Below are positions 39,532 to 50,542 of a DNA stretch of 64,000 bases, piece after piece (position 1 is the stretch's first letter; every line of letters begins with the position of its first letter). Source of the DNA: Acidobacteriota bacterium (lineage in GTDB: Bacteria > Acidobacteriota > UBA6911); the NCBI GenBank assembly GCA_963664705.1, contig OY761556.1, forward strand, positions 3,072,001 through 3,136,000. The letters run 5' to 3'. A program made the position numbers and the translations under genes. Under the pieces are notes generated by a model, which was not told the DNA's origin, searched no databases, and saw only the letters and a list, made by a program, of their open reading frames with translations.

Positions 39532-40185
39532 TTTTCCGACAACCGTCATAATAAAATCGAAGATTTCGTCAACTGCCCGTTCTCCATTAACTTCAACATA
39601 GAGTCCCTGGTCTTTGTAATACTGGATCAGGGGTGCCGTTTTCTGCTCATACACCTGGAGCCGTTCTGCAACTACCTCGGGCGCGTCGTCTTTCCGCTGT
39701 ACGAGAGCTGCCCGGCACTCATCACAGGCACCTTCCGCTTTTCCCGGATCCAGAATCGCGTTGAACATTTTGCCGCACTTTGCGCAGGTCCACCGCGAGG
39801 ACAGCCTTTTGATCAACTCGTTATTCCCGACCTTGACTCCGAGCGTCAGGATCTTCGTCTTGTCCTTCTCCAGTACCGACCGGAGAAATTCCGCCTGGGG
39901 AATTGTCCGCGGATATCCGTCAAGGATCACTCCGTTATCGCAGTCCGCGCGTCCAATCCGCTCGGCTACGATCGCATCCACCAGTTCATCCGGGACCAGC
40001 AGGCCCGAATCCATGAAAGCCTTGGCCTTTTGCCCCAGCTCGGTTTTGTTCCTCAATGCTTCGCGAAGTATGTCCCCGGTAGAAATGTGGGGAACTTTCA
40101 GTGCCTCGCTCATCATTCTCGCCTGCGTACCTTTTCCGGCACCGGGCGGACCAAGCATTATAATCGCTAACCGCTGATTCTTCAT
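39526..40185 (-). CDS. adk: Adenylate kinase
   Basis: GPPGAGKGT, DGYPR, zinc lid. Confidence 0.96.
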   Translation of the reverse strand: MKNQRLAIIMLGPPGAGKGTQARMMSEALKVPHISTGDILREALRNKTELGQKAKAFMDSGLLVPDELVDAIVAERIGRADCDNGVILDGYPRTIPQAEFLRSVLEKDKTKILTLGVKVGNNELIKRLSSRWTCAKCGKMFNAILDPGKAEGACDECRAALVQRKDDAPEVVAERLQVYEQKTAPLIQYYKDQGLYVEVNGERAVDEIFDFIMTVVGKD

Positions 40186-40190
40186 CTTTT

Positions 40191-40276
40191 ATTTACGTTT
40201 TGCGATCAAAAAAAATAACGATCGAAGAAAAATGATGTGCTTTCAATCGTCAATCGTTAATCGTAAATCGTCAACC
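40191..40276. repeat. Heptamer array (secY-adk)
   Basis: CAATCGT/TAATCGT/AAATCGT units, degenerate left arm. Confidence 0.7.
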
Positions 40277-40278
40277 GG

Positions 40279-41685
40279 TTAACTGCGCCGCCCGCGAATT
40301 CTTCCCTTTTTGAGGAATCCGTCATAATGACGCATGATCAGCTGCGATTCGATTTGTTGAATCGTATCCATCGCAACGCCGACCACAATCAGAAGAGAAG
40401 TACCGCCGAAGTAAAACGTTACGCCAAGCCCCGTCGTAATCCAGGCCAATCCGGCAGAGTTGAGAAAATCGTCAAGCTTAGGTCCAATAAACGGAATGGG
40501 CTGAACCTTAAACCCGGTGATCAGGAATTCCGGCAACAGGCAAACCAGCACGAGATAGATGGCGCCGGCAGCCGTAAGACGGCTCAGGATGCGATCGATA
40601 AACTCTGCCGTTCTCCGTCCAGGCCGAATTCCGGGAATGTACCCGCCGTATTTCCGGATATTATCCGCAACCTCCATGGGGTTGAAGATAATGCTGACAT
40701 AAAAGAAACAGAAAAAGATGATACCCGCGATATAGAGCAGGTTATAGAGCGGCATGCCCTGCGCAAGCTGCGATGAGAGGCTCGTCATCCACTTGACCTG
40801 TACCACAGCCGCCAGCGTACCAGGAATCGAGACGATGGAGGCGGCAAAGATTACAGGGATAACGCCGCCGGAATTGACCCGCAGCGGCAAGTGCGTCGCC
40901 TGTCCGCCATAGACGCGTCGTCCGACAACACGTTTCGCATACTGAACAGGAATCTTCCTTTGCCCGCGTTCCACAAAAACCACGGCCGCGACCACAACCA
41001 CCATGACGATGATAAGAATCGCGATGGTAAAGATAGACCATTCACGCGCGACGAACCGATTGTAAATCTGCGCAATAGCGTGTGGCAGGCCGACCACGAT
41101 ACCGGCAAAGATAATCAAGCTGATGCCGTTTCCGATTCCCCGTTCGGTGATCTGTTCACCGACCCACATGATAAAGGCAGTTCCGGTAGTCAGCGTGATC
41201 ATGACCATCAGCCGGAAACCCCATCCGGGATTCAGCACGACGGATCCGCCGCCGGAGCGCTCGAGAGCAACCGCAGTCATAAACCCCTGGAAGAGGGTCA
41301 GCGCTACCGTCATATAGCGCGTGTATTGAGTAATCTTCTTTCTACCCAGTTCGCCTTCTTTGGAAAGCTTTTCCAGGTAAGGTACGACGACGGTGGCGAG
41401 CTGCAGGATAATGGATGCGGTAATATACGGCATAATCCCCAAAGCGAAAATGCTGAAGCGCTTCAGGGCGCCGCCGGAGAAGATGTCGAGAAATCCGAAG
41501 ATGGTCCCCGCCTGTGTCTGGAACAGCTGTTCCAGAGCCGCACCATTGATTCCCGGGGTTGGGATGAAGGCACCGATGCGATATACAGCCAGCAGGCCGA
41601 GCATAAAAAGCACTCGCTTGCGCAAGTCCGGAATGCTGAATATATTTTGTATAGAACTGAAAAAAGGACTTCTTTCTTCCGGCAT
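40279..41685 (-). CDS. secY: Preprotein translocase SecY
   Basis: SIFALGIMPYITASII, GIGNGISL, IPGIRPG. Confidence 0.98.
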   Translation of the reverse strand: MPEERSPFFSSIQNIFSIPDLRKRVLFMLGLLAVYRIGAFIPTPGINGAALEQLFQTQAGTIFGFLDIFSGGALKRFSIFALGIMPYITASIILQLATVVVPYLEKLSKEGELGRKKITQYTRYMTVALTLFQGFMTAVALERSGGGSVVLNPGWGFRLMVMITLTTGTAFIMWVGEQITERGIGNGISLIIFAGIVVGLPHAIAQIYNRFVAREWSIFTIAILIIVMVVVVAAVVFVERGQRKIPVQYAKRVVGRRVYGGQATHLPLRVNSGGVIPVIFAASIVSIPGTLAAVVQVKWMTSLSSQLAQGMPLYNLLYIAGIIFFCFFYVSIIFNPMEVADNIRKYGGYIPGIRPGRRTAEFIDRILSRLTAAGAIYLVLVCLLPEFLITGFKVQPIPFIGPKLDDFLNSAGLAWITTGLGVTFYFGGTSLLIVVGVAMDTIQQIESQLIMRHYDGFLKKGRIRGRRS

Positions 41686-41771
41686 CGTCTTTTCACAACC
41701 TCAAAGACTGGGGTTGATGTTCTCAGAGGCCACTCGGCTTCGAGAAGGGTAAATATTCAAGTTTATTCTTT

Positions 41772-42218
41772 TTATGCAATTACCTCAATGGTGCCGCCCG
41801 CCTTCTTGATCTTCTCTTCCGCGCTCTTGCTGAATTTGTGCGCACGAACAGTAAGCGCGTGGGGCAGTTCTCCGACGCCAAGAATCTTGAGTCCATCCTG
41901 CAGCTTCTTGACGATTCCTTTGCTTTTCAGGATTTCCGGATCTACGACAGATCCAGCCTCGAATTCAGCCAGAGTCTCAAGATTGACCACGGCATATTCC
42001 TTGCGGAAAATATTATGAAATCCGCGCTTCGGCAATCGCCGGTACAGCGGCATCTGACCGCCTTCAAATCCGGGACGAATGCTGGCACCGGCACGGGACA
42101 TCTGTCCGTTGTAGCCTCGGGCCGCTGTCTTGCCGTGCCCGGAACCGATTCCGCGTCCGACACGTTTATTCTTGCGGTTTGCGCCGGGAGCCGGCTTCAG
42201 AGTATTTATGCTTAACAT
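41772..42218 (-). CDS. rplO: 50S ribosomal protein L15
   Basis: FEGGQMPL. Confidence 0.97.
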   Translation of the reverse strand: MLSINTLKPAPGANRKNKRVGRGIGSGHGKTAARGYNGQMSRAGASIRPGFEGGQMPLYRRLPKRGFHNIFRKEYAVVNLETLAEFEAGSVVDPEILKSKGIVKKLQDGLKILGVGELPHALTVRAHKFSKSAEEKIKKAGGTIEVIA

Positions 42219-42238
42219 TGTCGTATGCCCTGTCTTTT

Positions 42239-42315
42239 AGTCGGCAGCAGATAGTGGGCAGTGGGCAGCAAGATACTCCATATACCGCCCATTGCCCACT
42301 GCAGACTGCCTACTG
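42239..42315. repeat. Heptamer inverted array (rpmD-rplO)
   Basis: AGTGGGC ... GCCCACT units. Confidence 0.8.
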
Positions 42316-42522
42316 TTCCAGAATTTTCACCAGGTGAGGAACCTGCGCGACCATGCCGCGAACAGCGGGAGTATCGACGCGATCGACGACCTGGTTGAGG
42401 CGCTTGAACCCCAGACTCTTGATAACCAGTTTGTGCTTTTCGGGCGAACCGATTGCACTGCGAACGTATTGGATTTTTAGTGTTGCGCCGGTTTCGGCTA
42501 CAGCTTTCTTTTTCGATGCCAT
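42310..42522 (-). CDS. rpmD: 50S ribosomal protein L30
   Basis: VRSAIG..LG..DTPAVRGM. Confidence 0.95.
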   Translation of the reverse strand: MASKKKAVAETGATLKIQYVRSAIGSPEKHKLVIKSLGFKRLNQVVDRVDTPAVRGMVAQVPHLVKILEQ

Positions 42523-42525
42523 CGC

Positions 42526-43020
42526 TTACAATTCCTCGACCTGTCGGCCCCGCAGTTTGGCAACTTCGACCGGTTCTTTCAGCCGTTTTAGTCCGTCGAA
42601 AGTGGCTTTGACCACATTATGGGGATTGGTGCTTCCAAGAGATTTCGTGAGGATGTTGGAAATACCCGCAGACTGAACGACGGCACGCACCGGTCCGCCT
42701 GCAATCACACCCGTCCCTTCGGATGCGGGTTTCAAAATCACTCGCCCGGCCCCGTAGCGGCCCAGAATGATATGAGGGATCGTGCGACCCTTCAGCGGAA
42801 CCCGAATCAGGTTCTTGCGCGCCTGTTCGACTCCTTTGCGGATGGCTTGAGGAACTTCCTTTGCCTTCCCCATCCCATAGCCCACCAGACCATTTTGATC
42901 GCCAACAACCACGAGAGCGCTGAAGCTCAGGTTCTTCCCGCCCTTGACCACTTTGGTCACGCGATTGATGGAGACAACCTGATCCTTCAATTCCATCGCA
43001 TTCGGATCGATCTTATCCAA
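42526..43020 (-). CDS. rpsE: 30S ribosomal protein S5
   Basis: [10 protein letters not shown]. Confidence 0.97.
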   Translation of the reverse strand: MDKIDPNAMELKDQVVSINRVTKVVKGGKNLSFSALVVVGDQNGLVGYGMGKAKEVPQAIRKGVEQARKNLIRVPLKGRTIPHIILGRYGAGRVILKPASEGTGVIAGGPVRAVVQSAGISNILTKSLGSTNPHNVVKATFDGLKRLKEPVEVAKLRGRQVEEL

Positions 43021-43035
43021 GCTTCCTCCGTAACT

Positions 43036-43106
43036 AGTGGACAGTGGGCAGTTGGCAGTGGGCAGTTTGTTGTTTACTGCCGACTGGCGACTGTCGACTG
43101 CCGACT
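43036..43106. repeat. Heptamer inverted array (rplR-rpsE)
   Basis: AGTGGGC-type x4 / GCCGACT-type x4. Confidence 0.85.
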
Positions 43107-43107
43107 C

Positions 43108-43476
43108 CTAAAATTTTAAACCTGATTCCCTGGCCGCTTCGGCTACCGCCTTGATCCGGCCGTGATATAAATAACCGCCGCGGTCGAACACAACCGCCTC
43201 GATCCCTTTGGCTTTGGCACGCTCAGCAATCGTCTTCCCGACGAGCTTCGAAGCTTGTATATTGCCCCCCTGTTTCAGGTCGCCAAGAACAGCCTTCTCA
43301 ACGGTGGACGCTGCCACAAGAGTTTTCCCCTGTGAGTCGTCTATGATCTGGGCATAAATGTACTTCGAGCTTCTGTAGATGCAAAGCCGTGGGCGATTGA
43401 CATTTCCGGAGATCTTCTGCCGGATGCGCTTGTGGATTCTGCGGCGTTCGCTGGAACGGTCAATTGGAGTAATCAT
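43108..43476 (-). CDS. rplR: 50S ribosomal protein L18
   Basis: [11 protein letters not shown]. Confidence 0.97.
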   Translation of the reverse strand: MITPIDRSSERRRIHKRIRQKISGNVNRPRLCIYRSSKYIYAQIIDDSQGKTLVAASTVEKAVLGDLKQGGNIQASKLVGKTIAERAKAKGIEAVVFDRGGYLYHGRIKAVAEAARESGLKF

Positions 43477-44036
43477 TAAGCACCCTTCTTCCCAACTTTG
43501 AGGCGGATAACTTCATTCTTGTATCGAAGTCCCTTACCCTTGTATGCATCCGGTTTTCTCAAGGAACGGATATCGGCAGCATACTGCCCGACGAGCTGCT
43601 TGTCCGATCCCGAAATAGTTATAGTCGCCACGTAATTCTGTATGCTCTTGCTTTGCTTTTCCGCCTTCACGCTGATTCCGGGCGGAATTGGAAACTCGAT
43701 GGGGTGGGAGTACCCCAGGGACAACGTCATATATTTTGGCTTGACGTCTACTTTGTATCCGATTCCAACTAAATCCAGCTCCTTGGTAAATCCATCGGTT
43801 ACGCCGCGGACGCAATTTGCGGCCAGTGCCCGGGCCAAGCCGTGGTATGCCGGATAGGGTTTCTCATCGGAGTCCCTGAAAGCCGTCAGAGTATCTCCAT
43901 TCAATTCAAAGCGAATACCAGCGGGAATGGGACTTGTCAGCTTTGCATTTTTCCCTTCGACTTCCAATTGGCCGTCGTGGATGCTCACCTTAACTCCGCC
44001 TGGCACCTTGATCGGTTTCTTTCCAATTCGCGACAT
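43476..44036 (-). CDS. rplF: 50S ribosomal protein L6
   Basis: [14 protein letters not shown]. Confidence 0.97.
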   Translation of the reverse strand: MSRIGKKPIKVPGGVKVSIHDGQLEVEGKNAKLTSPIPAGIRFELNGDTLTAFRDSDEKPYPAYHGLARALAANCVRGVTDGFTKELDLVGIGYKVDVKPKYMTLSLGYSHPIEFPIPPGISVKAEKQSKSIQNYVATITISGSDKQLVGQYAADIRSLRKPDAYKGKGLRYKNEVIRLKVGKKGA

Positions 44037-44056
44037 AAAGCACCTTTATGATAAAT

Positions 44057-44131
44057 CGTTCCCCATTTCCGGTTGCCCGCTTTCCCGTTCTCAACCATGT
44101 TCCAGGAACGGTTAAAGGGAAACGTTAAACG
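44057..44131. repeat. Degenerate heptamer inverted array (rpsH-rplF)
   Basis: CGTT-periodic left arm, AACG-periodic right arm. Confidence 0.5.
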
Positions 44132-44132
44132 C

Positions 44133-44531
44133 TTAGCTGATGGTACAGAGTACCTCTCCGCCTAATCCTTTTTCCTGCGCCTGCTTGCCCGTAAATATCC
44201 CCTGAGATGTGGACACGATGCAGACTCCCAGGCCACCAAGTACGGACGGGATTTCCGATTTATTCGCATACACGCGGCAACCCGGCCGGCTTACTCGATC
44301 TATGGCGGAAATCACAGGCTTCTTCCCCGACGAATAGCGGAGCTGTACACGGATCATTCCCTGCTTGTCGTCTTGGATCAGGTGATAATTGGAAACATAA
44401 CCCTCTTCCTTCAGGATCCGGGTAATTTCCAGTTTCAGTTTTGACGAGGGGATATCAACAGTCTCGTGCCTCGCATTACTGGCATTTCGAATCCGCGTCA
44501 GAAGATCGGACACGGGATCGGTCATCGTCAT
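44133..44531 (-). CDS. rpsH: 30S ribosomal protein S8
   Basis: DLLTRIRNA, SRPG.RVY. Confidence 0.97.
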   Translation of the reverse strand: MTMTDPVSDLLTRIRNASNARHETVDIPSSKLKLEITRILKEEGYVSNYHLIQDDKQGMIRVQLRYSSGKKPVISAIDRVSRPGCRVYANKSEIPSVLGGLGVCIVSTSQGIFTGKQAQEKGLGGEVLCTIS

Positions 44532-44547
44532 AATAAACTCTCCACGT

Positions 44548-44631
44548 AATTACGAATTACCGTTTACGAATAACGAATAGTGCATAGCTTTTCCCTTCGT
44601 CATTCGTCACCTGCAATTCGTCATTCCAATT
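44548..44631. repeat. Heptamer inverted array (rpsN-rpsH)
   Basis: AATTACG units / TTCGTCA units. Confidence 0.75.
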
Positions 44632-44815
44632 ACCAGCTTGACTTGGTAACGCCAGGGATCTCCCCGGAAAGCGCCAGTGTACGGAAACAGAGGCGACAGA
44701 GCTGGAATTTCCGGTAATATCCTCGAGAACGACCACATCGCAGGCACCGGTTGTGCGCGCGCACCGTGAACTTCGGTGTCTGCCTGGCTTTGGCCTTCAT
44801 GCAATTTCTTGCCAC
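44630..44815 (-). CDS. rpsN: 30S ribosomal protein S14 (type Z)
   Basis: GTG start, CLRC..CRLC, GVTKSSW. Confidence 0.95.
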   Translation of the reverse strand: MARNCMKAKARQTPKFTVRAHNRCLRCGRSRGYYRKFQLCRLCFRTLALSGEIPGVTKSSW

Positions 44816-44873
44816 AATAACTCCCGTCAGCAGTTGTGCTTCGTCCAAAGGACGAAGGCTTTACCAATACTAC

Positions 44874-45428
44874 TTATTGTTGCTGCCCTTTTTTCGCAAA
44901 TGGCATTCCCATAGCTTTCAACAGTTCGAAAGCTTCGTCGTCTGTTTTCGCAGTGGTGACGATGGTAATGTTCATCCCGCGAGCTTTATCCGCCTTTGCA
45001 AAATCAATTTCGGGGAAAATCAGCTGATCACGCAGTCCCAGCGTATAGTTCCCGCGGCCGTCAAACGATCGCGGAGACACGCCGCGAAAATCGCGAACGC
45101 GCGGAAGAGCGATATTCATCAGCCTGTCAAGGAACTCGAACATCCGATCCCCGCGCAATGTTACGGTTACGCCGATCGGCATCCCCTGGCGCAGTTTGAA
45201 AGCAGCGATCGACTTTTTTGCCTTGGTGACCACAGGGTGCTGCCCTGTGATGGCTCCGAGTTCATCCGCCGCTACGTCGAGAATCTTGGCATTGGAAATG
45301 GCTTCACCCAGCCCCATATTTACATTAATCTTCACCAGCTTGGGCGTCGCCATGATATTTTTGTACCCGAACTGCTTTGTCAGGGCAGGTACGGCTTCCG
45401 TCTTGTATAACTCCCGAAGTCTACTCAT
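44874..45428 (-). CDS. rplE: 50S ribosomal protein L5
   Basis: [15 protein letters not shown]. Confidence 0.97.
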   Translation of the reverse strand: MSRLRELYKTEAVPALTKQFGYKNIMATPKLVKINVNMGLGEAISNAKILDVAADELGAITGQHPVVTKAKKSIAAFKLRQGMPIGVTVTLRGDRMFEFLDRLMNIALPRVRDFRGVSPRSFDGRGNYTLGLRDQLIFPEIDFAKADKARGMNITIVTTAKTDDEAFELLKAMGMPFAKKGQQQ

Positions 45429-45457
45429 GTTCTGACCTTTCCAACCTCGTCATGCCC

Positions 45458-45784
45458 CTACGCATCCAAAAGCTCGTTGCAGTTCTTACACACTCGGACC
45501 TTGCGGCCGTCCGGCATGACGCTGAGTCCCGTCCGGGAATGCTTATTGCAGCGCTTGCAGACAACCATCAGATTGGAGATGTGCAATGGGGATTCCTTCG
45601 GCAGGATCCCTCCCTTGATGTTTTTCTGCGGGTTAGGCCGGGTGTGCTTTTGGATATGATTCAAGCCTTCGACCACTGCCCTGTTTTTGTCTTGGAAGAC
45701 CCTGAGCACTTTTCCAGTCTTGCCCCGGTCCTTCCCAGACAGCACGTAAACCATGTCGTTTTTCTTAATATGCACTCTGGGCAT
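45458..45784 (-). CDS. rplX: 50S ribosomal protein L24
   Basis: GKDRGKTG KOW motif. Confidence 0.96.
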   Translation of the reverse strand: MPRVHIKKNDMVYVLSGKDRGKTGKVLRVFQDKNRAVVEGLNHIQKHTRPNPQKNIKGGILPKESPLHISNLMVVCKRCNKHSRTGLSVMPDGRKVRVCKNCNELLDA

Positions 45785-45810
45785 CGGATTCTATCCTCGC
45801 TCAACCGCTT

Positions 45811-46179
45811 CTAGAGCACTTCAGGCGCCAGCGAAACGATTTTCAAAAAGTCTCTGTCCCTCAGCTCGCGGCTGACCGGACCGAAAACGCGCGTACCAAT
45901 GGGCTCTTTCTGGTCATTGATAAGCACCGCGGCATTATCGTCGAAGCGAATGTAGGTGCCGTCTTTGCGCCTAAATTCCTTGCGTGTCCGAACGATGACG
46001 GCCTTTACCACCTGTCCCTTTTTGACCGTGCCGTCCGGCGAAGCTTCCTTCACATTCGCCGTAATGATATCCCCAAGGCTCGCAACGCGACCCACCTGGT
46101 TTCCCAATGCGTGAATGCAGGAGATCTTCCGAGCTCCTGAATTATCCGCAACATCTAAAATCGTCCTCATCTGTATCAT
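45811..46179 (-). CDS. rplN: 50S ribosomal protein L14
   Basis: VADNSGA, SLAPEVL. Confidence 0.97.
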   Translation of the reverse strand: MIQMRTILDVADNSGARKISCIHALGNQVGRVASLGDIITANVKEASPDGTVKKGQVVKAVIVRTRKEFRRKDGTYIRFDDNAAVLINDQKEPIGTRVFGPVSRELRDRDFLKIVSLAPEVL

Positions 46180-46189
46180 GATGACCCTC

Positions 46190-46278
46190 AGTCCGAATTA
46201 CGAATTACGAATGTCGAAGGACGAATATGCTCACTCGTCCTTCAGCATTCGTAATTCGTCATTCGTAATTCGTCATTC
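46190..46278. repeat. Heptamer inverted array (rpsQ-rplN)
   Basis: CGAATTA x2, CGAATGT, CGAAGGA / (A/C)ATTCGT x5. Confidence 0.85.
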
Positions 46279-46548
46279 AACACTTGTGGCACTGGTCAGT
46301 ACCTTCTCAACTCGCCATCTTTTGCGCGCACTCAGCGGCCGCGTTTCGACAATGCGCACGCGATCTCCTACCTTGCAGGATCCATTTTCATCGTGCGCCA
46401 GAAACTTGGAGGTCTTCCGCTGGATCTTCTTGTAGAGGGGATGCTGCACCAGTCTGTCGACCGCGACGGTGACAGTTTTCTGCATAGCCGTGCTTGTGAC
46501 GGTGCCGATCTGGCTCTTGCGGATTCCTCTTCTTTCTTCAGTTCCCAT
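46273..46548 (-). CDS. rpsQ: 30S ribosomal protein S17
   Basis: HPLYKK, ETRPLS. Confidence 0.96.
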   Translation of the reverse strand: MGTEERRGIRKSQIGTVTSTAMQKTVTVAVDRLVQHPLYKKIQRKTSKFLAHDENGSCKVGDRVRIVETRPLSARKRWRVEKVLTSATSVE

Positions 46549-46563
46549 GTCTTCCCTATCTTG

Positions 46564-46640
46564 GATTTACAATTTACGATTAACGATTGAAAACTCAAAG
46601 ACGTCCTTCAATCATCAATCGTAAATCGTCAATCGTAAAT
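46564..46640. repeat. Heptamer inverted array (rpmC-rpsQ)
   Basis: ATTTACG-type units / CGTAAAT, CGTCAAT units. Confidence 0.85.
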
Positions 46641-46641
46641 G

Positions 46642-46836
46642 TTACTTGCCCTTCTCCATCTCTGTAAGAACAGTAGCAATTCGCGCGATGTCGCGACGGA
46701 TATCGCGCATCTTCGGGGCACTCTCGACCTGACCTGCGGCTGCCTGGAAACGGAGCCGGAGAAGCTGCTTTCGCAGCTCGGCTTCTTCCACGAGCAGGTC
46801 GTCCTTGGACATATCCCTCATTTTAGAAGCCTTCAT
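46642..46836 (-). CDS. rpmC: 50S ribosomal protein L29
   Basis: LRFQ..GQ..RRDIAR. Confidence 0.95.
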   Translation of the reverse strand: MKASKMRDMSKDDLLVEEAELRKQLLRLRFQAAAGQVESAPKMRDIRRDIARIATVLTEMEKGK

Positions 46837-47255
46837 TCCGCCCCCTTCCCGAATCTCTTAACAAACTTCGATTTGACCGAAAGCTTGTGGCCCGCAAGCC
46901 TCATCGCTTCCTGTGCCTGATCTTCCGGGATCCCTTCCATTTCATACAGGATCTTGCCCGGCCGGACAACGGCAACCCAACCTTCAGGCGCGCCCTTTCC
47001 TTTGCCCATACGGGTTTCAGCAGGCTTCTTGGTGATCGGCTTGTCAGGGAAAACACGGATCCAGATCTTTCCGCCCCTCTTGACAAAACGGGTGATCGCG
47101 ACACGTCCGGCCTCGATCTGCCGGTCCGTAACCCAGCCCACTTCCATGGCTTTCAGACCGTATTCCCCGAAGGTCACCTCGGAGCCACGCCACGCCTTAC
47201 CGCGACGTTTGCCCTTTTGTTGCTTACGATATTTGACTTTTTTCGGCATCAGCAT
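46833..47255 (-). CDS. rplP: 50S ribosomal protein L16
   Basis: RMGKGKG. Confidence 0.97.
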   Translation of the reverse strand: MLMPKKVKYRKQQKGKRRGKAWRGSEVTFGEYGLKAMEVGWVTDRQIEAGRVAITRFVKRGGKIWIRVFPDKPITKKPAETRMGKGKGAPEGWVAVVRPGKILYEMEGIPEDQAQEAMRLAGHKLSVKSKFVKRFGKGAE

Positions 47256-47275
47256 GATTCACGAACTCCTCAAGC

Positions 47276-47929
47276 CTACCGGGCTGTCTTTTCAGGTCTC
47301 TGCATTTCGAAAACTTCGCCCTTGTAGATCCACACCTTAACGCCAATGACCCCGTAGGTCGTATTTGCTTCCGCAAATCCGTAATCGATATCCGCACGGA
47401 TTGTGTGCAGCGGCAGCTGACCGCTCAGGTACCATTCTGTACGCGCGATTTCCGCGCCATTCAAACGGCCGGAGCAGCGCACTTTAATCCCCTTCGCTCC
47501 AAAACGAAGCGTACCGTCGACTGCACGCCGCATAGCACGCCGGAAAGCGATTCGCTTTTCCAACTGCTGCGCAATCCCTTCCGATACGAGTTGCGCATCG
47601 AGTTCAGGCTTGCTAACTTCCTGGATCTTCAGGTTGACATCTCGCCCTGTCAGAAGCTGCATGTCCTTCTTCAGCTTCTCGATCTCGGTCCCCTTCTTCC
47701 CTACGATAATGCCGGGCCGCGAAGTAAAGATAATGATAGTCAACTTGTTGGCCGCCCGCTCGACCTCAATACGGGATACACCCGCATGCGAAAACTTCTT
47801 CTTCAGCATCTTCTTAAGACGAAGATCTTCATGAAGCAGGGCGCCGTAGTCTTTCCGAGCAAACCAGCGGGAACGCCACGTGCGATTAACCCCAAGCCTG
47901 AAACCGTAAGGATGAACTTTCTGACCCAC
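47276..47929 (-). CDS. rpsC: 30S ribosomal protein S3
   Basis: [12 protein letters not shown]. Confidence 0.97.
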   Translation of the reverse strand: MGQKVHPYGFRLGVNRTWRSRWFARKDYGALLHEDLRLKKMLKKKFSHAGVSRIEVERAANKLTIIIFTSRPGIIVGKKGTEIEKLKKDMQLLTGRDVNLKIQEVSKPELDAQLVSEGIAQQLEKRIAFRRAMRRAVDGTLRFGAKGIKVRCSGRLNGAEIARTEWYLSGQLPLHTIRADIDYGFAEANTTYGVIGVKVWIYKGEVFEMQRPEKTAR

Positions 47930-47940
47930 GGATTACCTCC

Positions 47941-48300
47941 CTACCCTTCTTCCTCGATGTCTTTACCTTTGATGGATATGACGACATGTTTGTAGCGGCG
48001 CTGCTGGCGATAGGCTCGACCCATCGGGGCGGGGCGAACTCTTCGGCGGTACTTGGTAGGACCGGAATCGACGATCGCACGATCTACGATAAACTGGTCG
48101 ACATCCGCAGCGGCGTTCTTCTCTTTCGCATTCGCAACCGCCGATAATAGCACCTTCTCTATCGACTTCGTGGCGCGCTTGTTGGTGAACCGGAGAATAG
48201 CCAGGGCCTCCTGCACATTCCTGCCGCGAATAAGATCAATGACGAGCCGGGCTTTCTGCGGCGACCCTCTCAAATATTTGCCTTTCGCTATAGCTTCCAT
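47941..48300 (-). CDS. rplV: 50S ribosomal protein L22
   Basis: SPQKARLVIDLIRG. Confidence 0.96.
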   Translation of the reverse strand: MEAIAKGKYLRGSPQKARLVIDLIRGRNVQEALAILRFTNKRATKSIEKVLLSAVANAKEKNAAADVDQFIVDRAIVDSGPTKYRRRVRPAPMGRAYRQQRRYKHVVISIKGKDIEEEG

Positions 48301-48310
48301 AACCCTCTCA

Positions 48311-48385
48311 ATTTCGGATTTGGAATTTCAGATTGCAGATTGCAGAACTGCTCAATCCGCCGCTCGAAATCCGAAATCCGTAATC
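48311..48385. repeat. Heptamer inverted array (rpsS-rplV)
   Basis: ATTTCGG/ATTGCAG units / CGAAATC units. Confidence 0.8.
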
Positions 48386-48391
48386 CTTTCC

Positions 48392-48697
48392 CTATGCCGG
48401 CGGTTTCACCGCGGTTGTCTTCTCGGCCGCCTTGGTGCTCGTGTGCCCTTTGAACATCCGGGTCGGGGCAAATTCACCAAGCTTATGGCTAACCATATTC
48501 TCAGAAATGTAAATGGGTATGAACTTCTTGCCGTTATGCACGGCAATCGTCAAACCGACCATATCTGGAGTAATCGTCGAACGCCGCGACCATGTTTTGA
48601 TCACCGTCCGGCTGCCTGCTCCAGCAGTGGAAGCGGCTCCCACCTTTTTCAGGAGATGGTCGTCAACAAAAGGTCCTTTTTTGACTGATCTGGTCAT
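48392..48697 (-). CDS. rpsS: 30S ribosomal protein S19
   Basis: [17 protein letters not shown]. Confidence 0.97.
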   Translation of the reverse strand: MTRSVKKGPFVDDHLLKKVGAASTAGAGSRTVIKTWSRRSTITPDMVGLTIAVHNGKKFIPIYISENMVSHKLGEFAPTRMFKGHTSTKAAEKTTAVKPPA

Positions 48698-48705
48698 GCT
48701 GCTCC

Positions 48706-49533
48706 CTATTTACCGCGGCGCTTAATGATGAAGCGCTGAGTACGTTTATTATTCCGGGTCTTGTACCCCTTCGTGGGCAATCCCCATGGACTGACCGGAT
48801 GACGGCCACCGGAGGTTTTCCCCTCACCGCCGCCATGCGGATGATCGATCGGGTTCATGGCAACGCCGCGTACCGTCGGTCGTTTCCCCAGCCAACGAGT
48901 GCGACCCGCCTTGCCGATGGACACGTTTTCATGGTTCAGATTTCCAACCTGTCCTATCGTGGCATAGCAGTCCAGGATGACCATACGGGTTTCGCCCGAT
49001 GGCATCTTGATCTGGGCATACCCAGATTCCTTAGCCACCAACTGGGCAGCAGCACCCGCCGCTCTCGCCAATTGGCCGCCTTTTCCCTTTTTCATCTCGA
49101 TATTGTGAATCATCGTACCGAGAGGGATGTTTTTGAGAGGCAGCGCGTTCCCGAGAAGAATGTCCGCCGTATCACCGGCAACAACGGTCGCTCCGACGGC
49201 TAGACCATCGGGAGCCAGGATATAGCGCTTTTCTCCATCCGCATACGCAAGCAACGCAATGCGGGCGGATCGATTCGGATCATATTCGAGCGCTACAACC
49301 TTTGCTGGAATTTCGCGCTTGTCACGACGGAAATCAATGATGCGATACAGCTTTTTGTGCCCGCCGCCCCGGTGCCGCACGGTAAGACGCCCTTTATTGT
49401 TGCGTCCGGAAATCCTTTGTTTGGATTCCGTGAGGCGCTTGAGCGGACGATCCTTGGAGAGATCCTTGTTATCCAGAGTCGTCCGGAACCGGATCGCCGG
49501 TGACGTGGGATTATAGGTCTTGATAGAAGACAT
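48706..49533 (-). CDS. rplB: 50S ribosomal protein L2
   Basis: [13 protein letters not shown]. Confidence 0.98.
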   Translation of the reverse strand: MSSIKTYNPTSPAIRFRTTLDNKDLSKDRPLKRLTESKQRISGRNNKGRLTVRHRGGGHKKLYRIIDFRRDKREIPAKVVALEYDPNRSARIALLAYADGEKRYILAPDGLAVGATVVAGDTADILLGNALPLKNIPLGTMIHNIEMKKGKGGQLARAAGAAAQLVAKESGYAQIKMPSGETRMVILDCYATIGQVGNLNHENVSIGKAGRTRWLGKRPTVRGVAMNPIDHPHGGGEGKTSGGRHPVSPWGLPTKGYKTRNNKRTQRFIIKRRGK

Positions 49534-49554
49534 GATTTCGCCCAGCTCCTGCTG

Positions 49555-49848
49555 TTATACTGCCTCGGAAAACTCGATCATCTTCTCACCCTCTTTGAGG
49601 GTGACGTAGGCCTTTTTCCAATCCGGCCGACGGCCGGTATACCGACCCTGACGTCGCTTCTTCCCATGGAAAATCGCCGTACGAACACTTTCAACCTTTA
49701 CTTTAAAGATCTTCTCGACGGCATCCTTAATTTCGATTTTGTTCGCATCCCGCAAAACTTTGAACGCAACAGTCCGGAGATTTTCCTTGACGTGTGTGCT
49801 CTTTTCCGTAATTACGGGAAGTTGTAAAACATATTCTCTATGGTTCAT
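49555..49848 (-). CDS. rplW: 50S ribosomal protein L23
   Basis: PVITEK, WKKAYVTL. Confidence 0.96.
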   Translation of the reverse strand: MNHREYVLQLPVITEKSTHVKENLRTVAFKVLRDANKIEIKDAVEKIFKVKVESVRTAIFHGKKRRQGRYTGRRPDWKKAYVTLKEGEKMIEFSEAV

Positions 49849-50471
49849 CGGCTTAGGACCTCCTGCACCTGGAGAATCGCATCCTTGGAAAAAAGCAGCG
49901 TGTTGCTGTTGACCACATCAAAGATGTTAACGCCGGTGCCGGGAACCAGCTTTACCTTCGGCAGATTGCGCGAAGACAGCACCAGGTTGTTGTTCCGGCT
50001 GGAATCCACAATCAAGACTTTTCCAGTGAATCCCATCTTCACAAGCAATTTCTGAAACTCTTTGGTCTTGCTGCTTTCCGGAGTCAGGTTCTCGATTACA
50101 GCTACCGAGTTTTCACTGAGCTTTGCGGAAAGTGCCGAACGCATTGCGCTCTGCAGCTTTTTGCGCGGGAAGTTGTAGACGTAGCTCCGCGGCTGTGGCC
50201 CATGTACCGTTCCACCATGCCGCCACAGAGGGCTTCGAATGCTGCCAACCCGTGCCCGCCCGGTACCCTTCTGGCGCCAGAGCTTCTTCCCGCTTCCACT
50301 CACATCTCCTCGGACTTTGGTTGAGGCAGTTCCTGCCCGAAGGGAATCACTATAGTGTTTTACGGCTTCCCAGATGAGGGGCTGGTTAAAGTCCGCCTTG
50401 AATACGGCATCCGAAAGCTCCAGCTTTCCTACAACCTCATTGGCAAGGTTTTTTACCTCAATCTCCGCCAT
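49845..50471 (-). CDS. rplD: 50S ribosomal protein L4
   Basis: QKGTGRAR. Confidence 0.97.
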   Translation of the reverse strand: MAEIEVKNLANEVVGKLELSDAVFKADFNQPLIWEAVKHYSDSLRAGTASTKVRGDVSGSGKKLWRQKGTGRARVGSIRSPLWRHGGTVHGPQPRSYVYNFPRKKLQSAMRSALSAKLSENSVAVIENLTPESSKTKEFQKLLVKMGFTGKVLIVDSSRNNNLVLSSRNLPKVKLVPGTGVNIFDVVNSNTLLFSKDAILQVQEVLSR

Positions 50472-50483
50472 ACCACCCTCACA

Positions 50484-50542
50484 ATTGACGATTTACGATT
50501 GACGATTGACGATTTTGTCTTTCGACCGTAGATCGCTAAATC
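50484..50542. repeat. Heptamer array (rplC-rplD)
   Basis: ATT(G/T)ACG x4, decayed right arm. Confidence 0.8.
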